From Raillietiella orientalis (Eukaryota): a DNA stretch of 64,000 nt. Shown here piece by piece: positions 36,317 to 49,000 of this stretch. Numbering within the stretch: position 1 is the stretch's first letter; every line of letters starts with the position of its first letter. The position numbers were made by a program, and so were the translations under genes. The notes beneath the pieces were generated by a model. The model had not been told where the DNA came from, made no database searches, and was given only the letters and a program-made list of their open reading frames with translations. The DNA lies in NCBI GenBank assembly GCA_036172245.1, contig JAYWIR010000127.1, positions 1 to 64,000 on the forward strand, read 5' to 3'.

Positions 36317-38655
36317 ACGCAAAGGGGCTAGCCAAGATGTGGGCAGAGCGTCTGGGACGGGTTGCCAACATCTTCATCAACCCGGAACAGACATATGCTG
36401 TTCCCGGGCGGAGCATGGAGGCGAACCTGTTCCACGCTTTCACCTGGCTAGAGCTCCAACATGAAAGGAGCTTGGAGCGCAGCCGGAATTCCGGTGCGTG
36501 CTCCGGCAAGGGGTTGGATGGTCGGGTGGGGGAGGGAGCCCTTGCGGTCGCTGTCGACTTGCGTAAAGCATTCGACAGCGTCGACCAGAATCTCCTGCTG
36601 GAGCTTCTGGAACGCTTGGGCTTCCCGGCCTCTTTGTTGGCCTACCTGCGCTCCAGCTGGCGCGACGCGCTCATTAATGTTCTTTTCAGCGGGCAAACCG
36701 TGCACGGAGTACCGGTGCGACGCGGCATACGGCAGAAAGACAGCCTGAGCCCCCTGCTCTTTAGCGCCTTTTTCGAATTGGTGCTGAGAGCGTACAGGGA
36801 GTCTGGCGCACCTGCCGTGCGATTGCCCCGGTACGCCTGCGGTTTCGGCTTACGCGCACGATCTTCTGCTGCTGCTGCCTATGTCCACCCCGGCCTCGGC
36901 GGTCGAGGACTTCTTCGACCTGCTGAGTCGTGGAACAGGACTGACGGTGAACAGGGCGAAGTCGTCCGTAATGCCAGTCGGAGCGGCGTGGGCAGGGCAG
37001 CAGGACTGGGTCCGTTTGGGGATCCCCAGGGTGAGGTACTTCAAGTACCTTGGTGTGCCGTTGGGGGATTACTCCCCTGCGGAAGCGTTGTCCGGCTGCC
37101 TTCAGAAGGCTCAGGCGGCGATCGGCCCGTTGCAGGACCGCAGGTTCTTCCTGCATGAACGGGCCGCGGCGTGGAACGCGCTCGCTGCTCCTCTCCTCCA
37201 CCCACTGCTTTTTGTTGGCCCCCTTTCAGCGAAGATCAAGAAAAGGACGAAGGACCTTCTTAGGATCGCCGTGTGGAACAGAGGGAAGCCCCGTGTCCGT
37301 CTCGCGGACTTGTGCGCTCTGCGTGGCGACGGCGGACTTGGCCTCTTGACGCTGAAGCGGCTGGTGGTTCAGCTCCAGTTCCAGAGTATTGCCTTCATGG
37401 CGAAGAATTGATGCACCGCCTAATGCATCCCTGCACGTCTCGTGGTCGAGCAAGACACCGGCAATGGGGGACTGTCGTCCTACTTTGTACTTCGCATCCC
37501 CATCTGCAACTGCGGACTTCAGCTTCGGAGGGAGGCCAAGCTCGTGAAGACCAACTCGGCGCGGATGCTGGTACGCCCCGCGAACTGTTCTGCCTGCAGG
37601 CAGGAAACCGTCCGCACTTAAGCGATGACTCAGGAGCAGAGCCCGCAATACGAGCGAACAGCTCTGTTTGGGATGCACGCCCGCCTCACTCTCCGAGAAA
37701 TCATCGAGGATCCCCGTAGGAGAGCGTGGGCACAAAGAACCTCCCTTGCTGCGCAACTGCATACTCTAAGGGAACATCTAGGCAGCCACACCGCGGCGGA
37801 ATGGGAGGTTACTTTCAAGATCGCTGACCGGGTACAGAAGATCGGGTATTGGAGAAAAGGCCAGCTGACCAACGCTGCGACACCGAGGACCACCCCACAC
37901 GGACTCCTGCGCTGAGGCGTGCTACTTGATTTTCCGAAGGAACATCTTGAGTGGCCCCCGGTGCTCATGGGCTCGCACAGCTTTCTATGAAGTGACAACA
38001 GTCAGCACTCCTGATGTTGTATTGAGGCCTCCTCCGCAGCGCCCGCCGAAACCACTGGACGCGGGAGGGTGTCAACCCCTATTGTGTCAGGTGCGGGGAG
38101 AGGGAATACCTCCCTCACCTGTTAGTGGATTGTGTTCCTCTTCGTCGCTTGTGGGAACGCTTTGCCGCGGCCCTTGGTATCCCCGGAGGTAACCCCAGAG
38201 ACGCTTTGCGTCCCCTCTTCGTTCGTGACGCCCTGCCTCCGGCGGCCTCGCTTGCCGCTCTGTGTTACCTACGCGGGATCGTCGTGGCATGCAGCAAAAC
38301 GATGGGAGGATCCAGCGACATGGATTCCACCGTGTACGCGGCTCGCTTCCTAAGGATTGCTACGCGTAGCCCCATCTGAAATCCACCATTCAGAAACAGC
38401 TTGCCGGCATCCTCCAGAGAATGTCGGTCCCTCGCAGCAGACAGTGATCCTTTCCCGCTCCCTCCCCAGTTTTGAATATTGCTTTGTTTTTTATTTGTTT
38501 CGTTCTCCCTCCCCTCTGCTGCCGAGTTTGACCGCGCCAATCTCAGCACCGGTAGCTCAACAGGCTAAAAGATTCTAGGGAGTGGCTCGACTACTGGTCC
38601 AGTCCCATTTTCTAGATGTTTGTTCGAAAGAATAAACTTCACGGCGAACCGGGTT
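36317..38655 (+). mobile_element. LINE 3' half (RT to 3' end), subfamily A-like
   Basis: AKMWAERLG, DLRKAFDSVDQ, RRGIRQ and FKYLGV. Degenerate terminal hairpin at 38631-38654. Confidence 0.9.
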
Positions 38656-41036
38656 CCAATTGAGATTCCGGAAAATGACGCCTCTAAGGAATTGGCAAAG
38701 GTGTTCTTTAGCACCGGAGAGCAGCGTCCAGTCTCCAGGCAGCCGCCACGCCCTGGAAGGGGGTCCTTTGTCGCGCAGGCATACCTTTACGATTAACCGG
38801 GAATGGTCCGACAGCGTCGACGCAACTCTCCCCCGTTTGCCGACCCCTGAGCACAGGTCTGCATCCAGGAAGACGTGGTCTTTGCTGCGGTCCATTCCCT
38901 CCACGTCCGCCAACAAGTTGCACGTGCGCATTGGAGCGCACAACTCGTTTGCCGTGCGTTCATCCGCTTCGGGCTCAGCTGACAGCAGACGGAGATTAAA
39001 GTCCCCAGCTTTCAGGTGTGCCTTCCGCACGTTCGTATCGGCCAGCCAGTCGCGCTTCACGGTTCTCAGCAACCTAATACAGTCACTGTATCCCTTTTTT
39101 CCTTTGGGGGTGTACACATTCGTGACGATCAGAACGATAGAATCAGACAAGCTGAGAATCATCTGACCGACCCGACCGTCGTCATGGAAGCGCATTTTCT
39201 TCACGGCAGCGTCGATAGCCGGCTCTACGAAGAACGCCACTCCGCAGGTGTTGCGGGCACCGCATCGCTTATACATCTGATCCCCGCGATCGACTTGATC
39301 TCCTCGACGTCTGCCGCGGAGATCACGAGGATCTCTTGCAGCAGGGCGAGGTCGAGCTCAGGCAGGGTGTCGTCTGTATCTCGCCTGTTACCGTCGCCGC
39401 GCAGTTTGTTGACATTCCGACAGGCCGCGCGAATCCGACGGCGACTTCCTAGCCCAGGTGTTACTCCTGGGAAAGTGACAGTGCGGCGTCTGCTACCTGC
39501 TGGGGCGGGACGCAAGGTGGAGGAAGAGGGTCAGGTGCTGAAGACAACTGGTTCCCCTCCACCGTGGGTAACTGCGCGTCGAGCGGGTCACCCACAGGTG
39601 GGGTCGCGCTTACCTGGTCGCCCTCCTCCATGGGGGCGGGCTGTTCAGGTTCGGCTACGGCAGGGAGAACTTCGCGCCCTGCTCACGCTCCTCCTTGGGG
39701 GTGGCCGGCTCGACGGCTTCCGGGCGTGGGAGTACCCCCTCCGCAATTCCCACGTCGTTGACGGCTTCCGTCTTCTCCTCCTCGCTGGGGAAGGGGAGGC
39801 GCCTCCTGGGCTTCTGAAACTTGCGTCTTGGCTTCCTGGTGGGTGCCTCCAAGAAGGAAGATGCACTTCCACCCCCTTGGGCGCACTCTCTTTCGGAGAC
39901 CTTCTTCGGCGGACCCGGCATCTGCATGGGCTTGCGTGAGGGGTTCTCACGCTCCACCAGCGTGGCCGTGAGCTTCTCCGCCGCCTTCGTGAAGAAGGCG
40001 TCCTCGCCGGCGGCGAGCGTGTCGCGCGTCTCACCCTATCAGTAAACAGACGGTCCGCAGTCGCGAACCTCGGGCTCGACGGAAACGGCGATGGAAGGCT
40101 CGTCGCCCCGGGTGGCAGCCTCAGGAACGCTGACGCGCTCCAGTGCCACCGCGCACTCGCGGAGGGTTTTTGAGAGCGGCCCGGGCTTTTTCGCCTTCCC
40201 GGCCGTCTTCTTTTCCGCATTTCTCCCCTTTTGTTCTTTAGGCCCCTTTTTGAGGCTCTTTCCTGGGCTTAACCAGTTGCCATCTTTCCTCCACTTCTGC
40301 TCTTTTGGGAGTGTTTTCCTCCGACGCCTGTGCGGCAGGGAGGGAGGCTGGCGGCTGGGAGCAGCCAATTTCAGATTTGGGCCTTCCGGTCAGCTTTCCT
40401 CGTTTTCCCTGGGCCTTTTTGGCAGCAAAGGGCACCGGGATGGGGCGCTTAGGGCACACGCGGCGAACGTGTATCTTCTATTCGCATAGTCGGCATACAA
40501 TATTTGGGCACCGCTTGCGCAAGTGCCTTACTACATTGCAGTAGCCACAGTAACGGGGTTTTTTAACCGACCAGAGGTCCACCGGTTCTTAGCAGACCTC
40601 CGGTTTGTGAGTTAGCGCACCAATATTTTTCTCGGTGACACGCGCTGCGTCCTGGCCTCCCAAAAGTGTATAATAGCCGTTAAAAATGGTATGCTTCGGA
40701 ACGTGCAGTCTTTCCATCTAACAGGTTGCCTTCCTTGTGGACAAATGAAGGCTTTTACCCGCCGGCCCTGTATGCAGCATTTTATGCCATGGTTTCCGCC
40801 CTAGACGCGGGCACCATGGTGCTCCTACTTCTCGCAATAGGCGACGAGGGTGATTCTTGGGCGGATGCCCCTAATTCTGTATGCCGTGAGAACGAACTAG
40901 CCTACCCTACGCCTACCGCCTTCGTGGTGTCCTCTGGCCGAGATGCCTTCGGACACCAACGATGTGAAAGACACACACTTCACAAACGAATCTGCTTTCC
41001 GGGACTCGTCGAAGGAGCACCGGAAAAACACGTCCT
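38656..41036 (-). mobile_element. LINE 5' half (5' end, internally deleted ORF1, APE), subfamily B
   Basis: 5' motif at 41022-41035, LQEI, TNVYTP, AGDFN, DHVF and TLSDH. Confidence 0.9.
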
Positions 41037-41854
41037 TCCGTAACGAAAGGGCGTACTTGTATGCCCGTCGTTACGCAAGCACCCTCAGTGTGCGTCGCCT
41101 TGCAGAGTAACGAGCCAAGGTAGATCGCCAAGCCGGGCAATCCGGATCGGCCAGCTTGCTGGACGACCAGGGCCGGGAGCACTCGGCTCCGGCTAGAATA
41201 CGGCACCTCGTGCGGCGTTATTATTCCTCCCTTTACGCCAGGGCGCCCCCGTACCAAGATGCTTCTTGGCGCTTGCTTCCGGATGGTGCCGCGGCAATAG
41301 GGGAGGAGGAGTCGTTAAGCCTCGATGAGCCTTTTACCACCGGCGAAATTCTCGCCGGTATCAAAAGGCTCAAGAGGCGGAAAGCTCCAGGGGAAGACGG
41401 CTTGCCCTCGGAGTTCTATCAGAGCTTCGCGGAAGAGCTGGCACCCCTGCTGCCTCAGCTGAAAAGGCTGATTTGAGACGAAGGCGATGTTCCCGCCTCG
41501 TTTCGGTCAGCCAGAGTGAGGCTCCTTCCGAAAGGGGCAGACCTTAGGAATTTGAAAAACTGGCGTCCGATCACGATTGTGAATACGGACGCCAAGCTGA
41601 TCGCTACTGTGGCCTTCGCGTCTGGGGCAGGTAACCAATTCTATGAATAGCCCGGAGCAGACTTACGCTGTTCCCAGGCGAAGTATGGTGGACAACCTGT
41701 TCTTCACGAGCACATGGTTTCATGTGCAGAGTAGTAATGAGAAAGAGGGAATGATTGGCAGCCCCACTTCGGAAGCATCAGTCGGGCAGGCATGGGACAC
41801 CCAGGTAGGGAAGGGGGCCCTAGCGATCGAGGTCGATCTGCATTAAGCGTTCGA
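41037..41854 (+). pseudogene. LINE ORF2 fragment (linker to RT 'DLH-AFD'); continues at 53048
   Basis: RNERAYL, KAPGEDGLP, EQTYAVP and ALAIEVDLH*AFD. Confidence 0.9.
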
Positions 41855-43530
41855 TTTTCACCCGGATTTCGCCAGGGCATTTATTGTAAAATAAACTTTT
41901 ACAAAGATGTGCGGTGGCTAAACCATTGCTCCAGCCACGCACGAAGAAACACAGAGCCTGCCGGGTCACCGGTTCGCAGACCGGTACGGTCCACCACGGC
42001 AGCAGGGGGGAGCGGTAAAAACAAAAAACAGAACAAAAAAGAAAAGAAAAGTTGGGAGGGTAAGGGAAGGGATCACAGTTGCAGGTGGGGCCGTTCCATC
42101 CTTTGCAGGATGCCGGCAAGCTCCTTCTGTATACCTGGATCCAGGTGGGGCCATCGGGACGCCCTCTTCAGGAACTAGGAGGCTGGCTGGATGGCATCCT
42201 GGTCGCGTTGTCCTCCCGTAGCCTTGCTCCAAGCGGTGACGATCCCGCGTAGGCAGCACAAAGCTGCTAACGAGGCCGCTAGCCGAAGGGCGTCGGCAAC
42301 GAAGAGGGCTTTCAGTGCGTCCCTGGGGTTGCCGCAGGGGATTCCAATGGCCGCGGCGAAGCGAAACCGAAGGGGCCGAAGGGCAACACAATCCACTAGC
42401 AGGTAAGGGAGGGACTTCCGTTCCCCACACCTGACGCAATTGTGGTCCACCGCTCCCCAGGTCCAATGGTGTCGGCGGACGTTGCAGGGGAGTCCCCAGT
42501 GCTGCAGCAGGAGAGCCGACTCCTGCCATTTTAAGGACAGGGCGGAAGTGTTCATGAGCACCGGGGGCCACTTCAGATGTTCAATGGGAACATCGAGCAG
42601 CGCGCCCCAGCGCAGAAGTCCATTGGGAGGCGTACTCGGGGTCGCAGCGTTTGTTAACTGGCCCGTCCTCCACTCTCCTATCTTCTTCTCCTTTCCGGAG
42701 ATTGTTACTGTAACCACCCACTTCGATGCAGCATCGCTGTCCAGATCTTCCATCAGGGAGGGCAGCGCAGCAGCGAGGGGGGTTCTTCCTGCCCACGCTC
42801 TCTAATTTGGATCCTCCAGTATCTCGAGGAGCGTGCAACTTCTGTAACCCCCAAACAGGAACCTTCGTTCCTGTTGGGAGCGTTGCATGCCGAACTGTCC
42901 CCACGTTGGAACGGTTTCCTGCAACCAGGCACTACCGTTCAACGGAAGACAGGTGAGCAATCCTGGGTTTTTTTGATACACCGCAGCCACCCTCCGTAGC
43001 TGGAGTCCGCATCGGTTGACGCGGCGACGGAGTGCAAGAAACGACGTCAGTCCCGTCTTGCCGGAGGCTTGCTGGAGTAGGAGACGTGCAGGGACGCACC
43101 AACAGGTGCACCACAACTCTGGAACGAGTGCCGACAAGCAAAACTGGAGCTGAAGCTCCAGCCGCTCCAGCGTCAGGAGGCTCAGACCACCATCCCTGCG
43201 AGGAGCGCACAAGTCCTTTAGGCGGACTCGGGCCCTCCCGTTGCCCCAAAGGGCGATACGGAGGAGGTCCTTCGTCCGCTTTTTGATCCTCTCTGTGATG
43301 GTACAAACAAAAAGCAGGGAGCGGAGGAGAGGAGCCGCGAACGTGTTGCAAACCGCGGCCCGTGCAGGCAGGAAAAACCTTCCGCCTCGAAACGGGCCGA
43401 TAGCCGTCTCTACTTTTTGGAGGCAGCCGGACCACGCTTCCCCAGGGGAGTAGTCCCCCAACGGCACACCAAGGTACTTGAAGTACCTTTCCGTGGGGAT
43501 CCTCAAACGGACCCAGTCCTGCTGTCCTGC

Positions 43531-44280
43531 TCACGCTGCACCAACTGGCTTCACGGACGACTTCGCCCTGTTCACCGTAAGTCCGGTTCCCCGATGCAGC
43601 AGGTCGAAGAACTCCTCGACCGCCGCAGCCGGGGTGGACTTAGCGAGCAGCAGCAGAAGGTCGTCCGCGTATGCTGAAACGGCCGGCGTACCGGCACAGT
43701 CGTGCGGCAGGTGCGCCAGAGTTCCCCTGTACGCTCTCAGTACCAACTCAAAGTAGGTACTGAAGAGCAAAAGGCTCAGGCTGTCTCCCTGCCGGATCCC
43801 ACGCCGCACCGGCACGCCGTGCACGGTCTGCCCCCTGAAAGTAACATTGATGAGCGCGTCGCGCCAGCAGGAGCGCAGATAGGCCATTAATGAGACCGGG
43901 AAGCCCAAGCGTTCCAGAAGCTCCAGAAGGAGATTCTGGTCGACGCAATCGAATGCTTTTCGCAAGTCGATTGCGACCGCAAGGGCTCCCTCCCCCACAC
44001 GACCATCCAACCCCTTGCCGGCGCACGCACCGGAATTCGGGCTGCGCACCAAGCTCCTTTCATGTTGGAGCTCTAGCCAGGTGGAAGCATGGAACAGGTT
44101 CGCCTCCATGCTTCCCCCGGGAACAGCATATGTCTGTTCCGCGCTGATGAAGATGTTGGCGACCCGTCTTAGACGCTCTGCCCACATCTTGGCTATCAAC
44201 TTGGCGTCCGCATTCACTATTGTGATGGGACGCCAGTTGTTCATGCTCCTCAGATCTCCTCCCTTAGGGAGCAGCCGCAC
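43531..44280 (-). pseudogene. Reverse transcriptase domain
   Basis: NNWRPIT, DLRKAFD, GIRQGDSLS and AYADD. Confidence 0.95.
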
Positions 44281-44675
44281 CTTCCCGAACGAAACGAGGC
44301 GAGGACGTCACCTGTTTCGCGTATCAGCAAGGTGAGATGCTGTACCAGGGGGGTAAGCTCAGCCGCGAAAGTCTGATAAAACCCGGCGGGCAGGCCGTCC
44401 TTCCCTGAAACCTTTCGCCTCTTGAGCTTTCCGATGGCCGAGAGGATCTCGTCCTACGTGAAAGGCGCGTCGAGGGTCTTTCTCTGCTTCTCCCCGATCG
44501 CTGGAGCGCCTTCCGGAAGCAGGAGTCGTGAGACGTTCCTCTCCGGAGGTGCCCTGGCATACAGAGAGGAGTAGTAACTCCGCAGCTGGCCGCGGATTTC
44601 GGCAGGTGCCGAGTGCTCCTGGCCCTGATAGTCCAGTAAGCTGGCCGATCCGGACTGCCAGGCTTGCCTCTCGGC

Positions 44676-45653
44676 TCACGCTTTGTATTCCGCCAGCCTC
44701 TGGATGTCGGGGGTCCTGGCGTAACGACGATCCCGCAGGTAGGCTCGTTCGTTACGGACCCCGGTCTTAAAACCCGTTGGTAGGCGGTGCAGAGGGAACA
44801 GGTCTAGAAACTCCTGGACCGACCGCTTGAAGCGATCCCAATCCTGGAGTGTCCGCAGCCTTAAGCTCTGTATGAACGTGCCGAGATGTTCCGCCGCGTC
44901 CGGGAGCTTCAGCCAGTCCCCTGGGAGACGCCACGCTGACGAGGGGAAGCCCCTGTCGCGCGGATGGATCTCGAGGACTAGCGGGCGATGGTCGGACAGC
45001 TCGCACGGTAACTTGCCGCGCCTGCCCACGCGAGGCCACAGGTGCTCGTCAAGAAACACGTGGTCAATGCTGTCTTTCATCCCCGGTGCACTGGCCAACA
45101 GATTACAGGTGTGCATCGCCATACACACCTCGTTGACCTGGTCACGCTCGGCATTCTGCCCATCTGGTTTCAGGCGAACGTTGAAATCGCCTGCAACCAG
45201 ATGGGCATTCCGCACGCCTGTTTCGGTCAGCCAGTCTCGCCGGAGGGCAAGGAAAAACTCTTTCCTCGCCCTCCTGTTCATCAGGTCCTTGCCGCTCGGT
45301 GCGTACACGTTTGTGACGATCAGATCGATCGAGTCGGAACACCTGAGAGTCAGCTGGCCGACACGACCGTGATCGTCGAACCGTACGCCCCGAGCCGCGG
45401 CCTCGACGGCTAGCCTAAGCACGTAGGCAACACCGCAACTTTTCCCTCTTCCACACCTGTACCATAGCCGCCCTCCGGAGATCCGTTCGATCTCTTGCGC
45501 TTGTTCTGCAGAGACCACGTGGATCTCCTGCAGGAGCGCAAGGTCGTAGGACTCGAGAAGGGCGGCCATGTCTCGTCTCCTGCCGGCGTCTGTCATGCCG
45601 TTCACGTTCCAAACGGCGATGCGCAGACGACGGCGGGTGTAAATTCCCGGCAT
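44676..45653 (-). pseudogene. APE-type endonuclease domain (start of ORF2), intact domain frame
   Basis: 325 aa: MPG..AVWNVNG, LQEIH, TNVYAP, AGDFN, DSIDHVF, ELSDH. Confidence 0.95.
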
Positions 45654-46038
45654 TACTGTTGGGAAGATTAAAGTGTGGGGAAGCCCTCCTCTTGCGAGGC
45701 GGGTGGGATGTCCATGGGGGTTTCGGCCTTCTCAGGCACCTGAGGCACCTGTTCGGCCTCCACTTTTTCTATCCCCTCCGTGTCCGCGCGTGGGAGTCTC
45801 TCGGGCGACGGGTCCCGAGAGTTTCCCACGCTCATGGCACCCTCGTTTGCGGAAGGCATCTCTTCCCCTTCGACGGGGGAGACGAGCTTCCTTGGCTTTG
45901 TGGACTTACGTCCAGCCTTCTTGCGCGGTGCCGTGGAAACGGAGGTAGCGCTCCCGGCCTCCACCGCGGGGTCGGAAGTGGGGGACTCCTCAGGGGAGGC
46001 CGGACGCCTTACGGCCTTCTTGCCAGCCTTGGAGGTTT

Positions 46039-49000
46039 ACACCCGGGTACGCCCGGGGCGTTTATTTTTTAAAAAAAAACAACTCTACATCCGCGGTACA
46101 AGGCCCCGCTCACGGTCATATGCACTGGACCTGCCGGGACGCCGGGACGCAGCCCAGCGTAGCGTTCCTCAGCAGCGAAGGGGGATGGGGATAAAACAAA
46201 AAGAAAAATAAAAAACATAAACAGACAAAAAGAAGTTGGAGGGCAGGGAAGGGATCTCTGAACGCTGTGAGGAGGGCCCATCCGTTGAAGGAAGCCCTTG
46301 AGGTCCGTCCGTATATTCCCCAGTTGGGGCCATCCGGCAGCTCTCCGCATGAAGCGTTGGGCGTATGGGACGACATCCCTCGCGTGTGGACCCACTCCTT
46401 TGTTATTGGCGTCGCTCCATGCCGCCACGATGCCACGGACACAGCACAAGGCTGCAATGGCTGCGGCTGGCTGCAGTGCGTCCTTCACGAAGAGGGGCCG
46501 AAGAACGTCTCTGGGGGTGCTGCCCGTAGGGAGCCCTAGGGTCGCTTCGAACCGTTCCCAGAGGGGTCGGATGGCAGCACAATCCACAATAAGGTGGGGA
46601 AGCGGCTTTCGCTCCCCGCACCTGGCACACGCAGGATTCACAGCTCCCCTCGTCCAGTGGAAGCGGCGCGCGTTGCAGGGTAGACCCCAGTGCAACAAAA
46701 GCAACGCCGACTCTTGCCACTTAAGGGGCAGGATCCTGGATTCCTTTAATACCGGGGGCCACTTCAGCACATCCGTAGGGATGGCGAGCAGCTCGCCCCA
46801 TCTCATTAGTCCACGCGGTTGGACGCTCGGGGTCGTGGCGTCCGCCAGTTCTCCTGTGGTCCAGCCGATTAACATCTTCTCCCTAACTGCGATCTGGCAG
46901 GTGACTTGCCACCTCGGCTTCTGGCAATCCTGAAGCGCCCTCAGGAGGTAGGGCATCGCCGTAGCAAGGGGGGTCATCAACGCCCACCTGCGACTCCGAG
47001 GAAATTCCAGTATTTCCCGCAGGGTGCGGTTGGCGTATGGGCCGATTCGCAGGCAGTTCATGTGGTTTTCGCTCCTCCGGTTCAGCTTAGCCCATATGCC
47101 AGCAGACTCCTCTAACCAGGCGGAGGAGTTGGCGGGGCCACAAACCATCCAACCGTTTGTCTTCGCAGAGGTTGCTATGCGTCCGAGCATAAGGCCGCAT
47201 CTTCGGATCTTCCGGCCAGGGCACAGAAGAAACGACGCGAGTCCTTCGCATCGGGACACACGCCTGGCGAGGTGGCGGGCCGGAACGCACCAAGGGGTGC
47301 TCCACATCTTTGCTGCGATGGCGAGGGTTCGCCACCGCAGCTGGATTTCCACGTGCTCCAGCGTCAGGAGGCCAAGGCCGCCGTCCCGACGCGGAGCGCA
47401 CAAGTCCTGCAGAGAGACTCGGGGCCTCCCCTTGCCCCAAAGGGCGATGCGGAGGAGGTCCTTCGTCCTCTTTTTGCATTCTCTGGGGGCAAGGCAAACA
47501 AAGCAAGGGGCGGAGGATGGGGGCCGCAAAAGCGTTCCAAACCGCGGCCCGTTCCGGCAATTGAAACTTCCCTTCCAGGAACGGGCCGATCGCCGTCTCG
47601 ACTTTTTGAAAACAGCTAAACCACGCTTCCGCAGGGGAGTAGTCACCGAACGGCACACCAAGGTACTTGAGGCACCTCGCCGTGGGGATCCCCAGACGGA
47701 CCCAGTCCTGCTGCCCTGCCCACGCCGCACCTACTGGCACCACCGACGACTTCGCCCTGTTGACCTGCAGTCCGGTCCCACGGCTGAGCAGATCGAAGAA
47801 GTCTCCGACCGCCTTCGCCGGGGTGGACATAGGTAACAGGAGCAGAAGGTCGTCGGCATAGGCTGCTACGGCGGGCGTGCCGGGACACGAGCTAGGCAAG
47901 GAGGCCAAAGTCACCCTGTAGGCTCTCAGCACCAACTCAAAGTAGGTGCTGAAGAGCAGGGGACTCAGGCTATCTCCCTGCCTGATGCCCCACCGCACCG
48001 GCACGCCATGCACCTTCTGACCGCTGAAAGAGACGGAAATTATCGCATGGCGCCAGCAGGAGCGCAGGTAGTTGATCAAGGAGGGTGGGAAGCCCATGCG
48101 ACCCAGGAGCTCCAACAAAAGCCCCTGGTCAACACAGTCGAACGCCTTATGGAGATCGACTGTGAGCGCTAAGGCCCCCTTCCCCGCCCGGGAGTCCATT
48201 CCCTGCGCTGCTGGCGGCCCCAAAGTGGGGTTGCCGATTTTTCCTTTTCCTTCCTTTTGACACCTCTGCGCGTGCATCCACGTGCTCGCGAAGAAGAGGT
48301 TGGCATCCATACCTCGCCCGGGAACACCATATGTCTGCTCCGGGCTAATTATGGATTCTGCCACCTGCCTCAGACGCGAAGCCCATAGCCCGGCAATCAA
48401 CTTGGTGTCCGTATTCACAATCGTGATCCGACGCCAGTTGTTCAAATTCCTAAGGTCTCCCCCTTTCGGAAGGAGCCTCACTCTGGCTGACCGAAACGAG
48501 GCGGGAACATCGCCTTCGTCTCGGATCAGCCTTGTCAGCTGAAGCAGCAGGGGTGCCAGCTCTTCCGCGAAGCTCTGATAGAACTCCGCGGGCAAGCCGT
48601 CTTCCCCTGGAGCTTTCCGCCTCTTGAGCCTTTTGATACTGGCGAGAATTTCGCCGGTGGTAAAAGGCTCATCGAGGCTTAACGACTCCTCCTCCCCTAT
48701 TGCCGGGGCACCATCCGGAAGCAAGAGCCGAGAGGCATCTTGATCCGGGGGCGCCCTGGCGTAAAGGGAGGAATAATAACTCCGCACGAGATGCCGTACC
48801 GACGCCGGGGACGAACATTCCCGGTCCTGGTCGTCCAGCAAGCTGGCCGACCCGGATTGCAGGCTTGGCGTTCGGCCCCGGCGCGGTACTCGGCCAGGCG
48901 ACGGACATTAGGGGTTCGCTCGTACCTACGGGTCTGTAAATAGGCCCGATGGTTGCGAGGACCCTCGCCGAATCCGGAGGGCAGGCGGTATAGGGGGAAC

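Larger units (their letters stand above)
41855..46038 (-). mobile_element. LINE subfamily A: ORF1 C-terminus, ORF2 and 3' end; 5' part at 51693-53047
   Basis: APE 44676-45653, RT 43531-44280, CVRCGERKSL and terminal hairpin at 41859-41885. Confidence 0.93.

Noticed and set aside
46140..46180. CTGAGGA in the 3' UTR as a hammerhead ribozyme core
   Set aside because: There is no matching GAAA after a stem II, and other copies read CCGAGGA or CCGTGGT.
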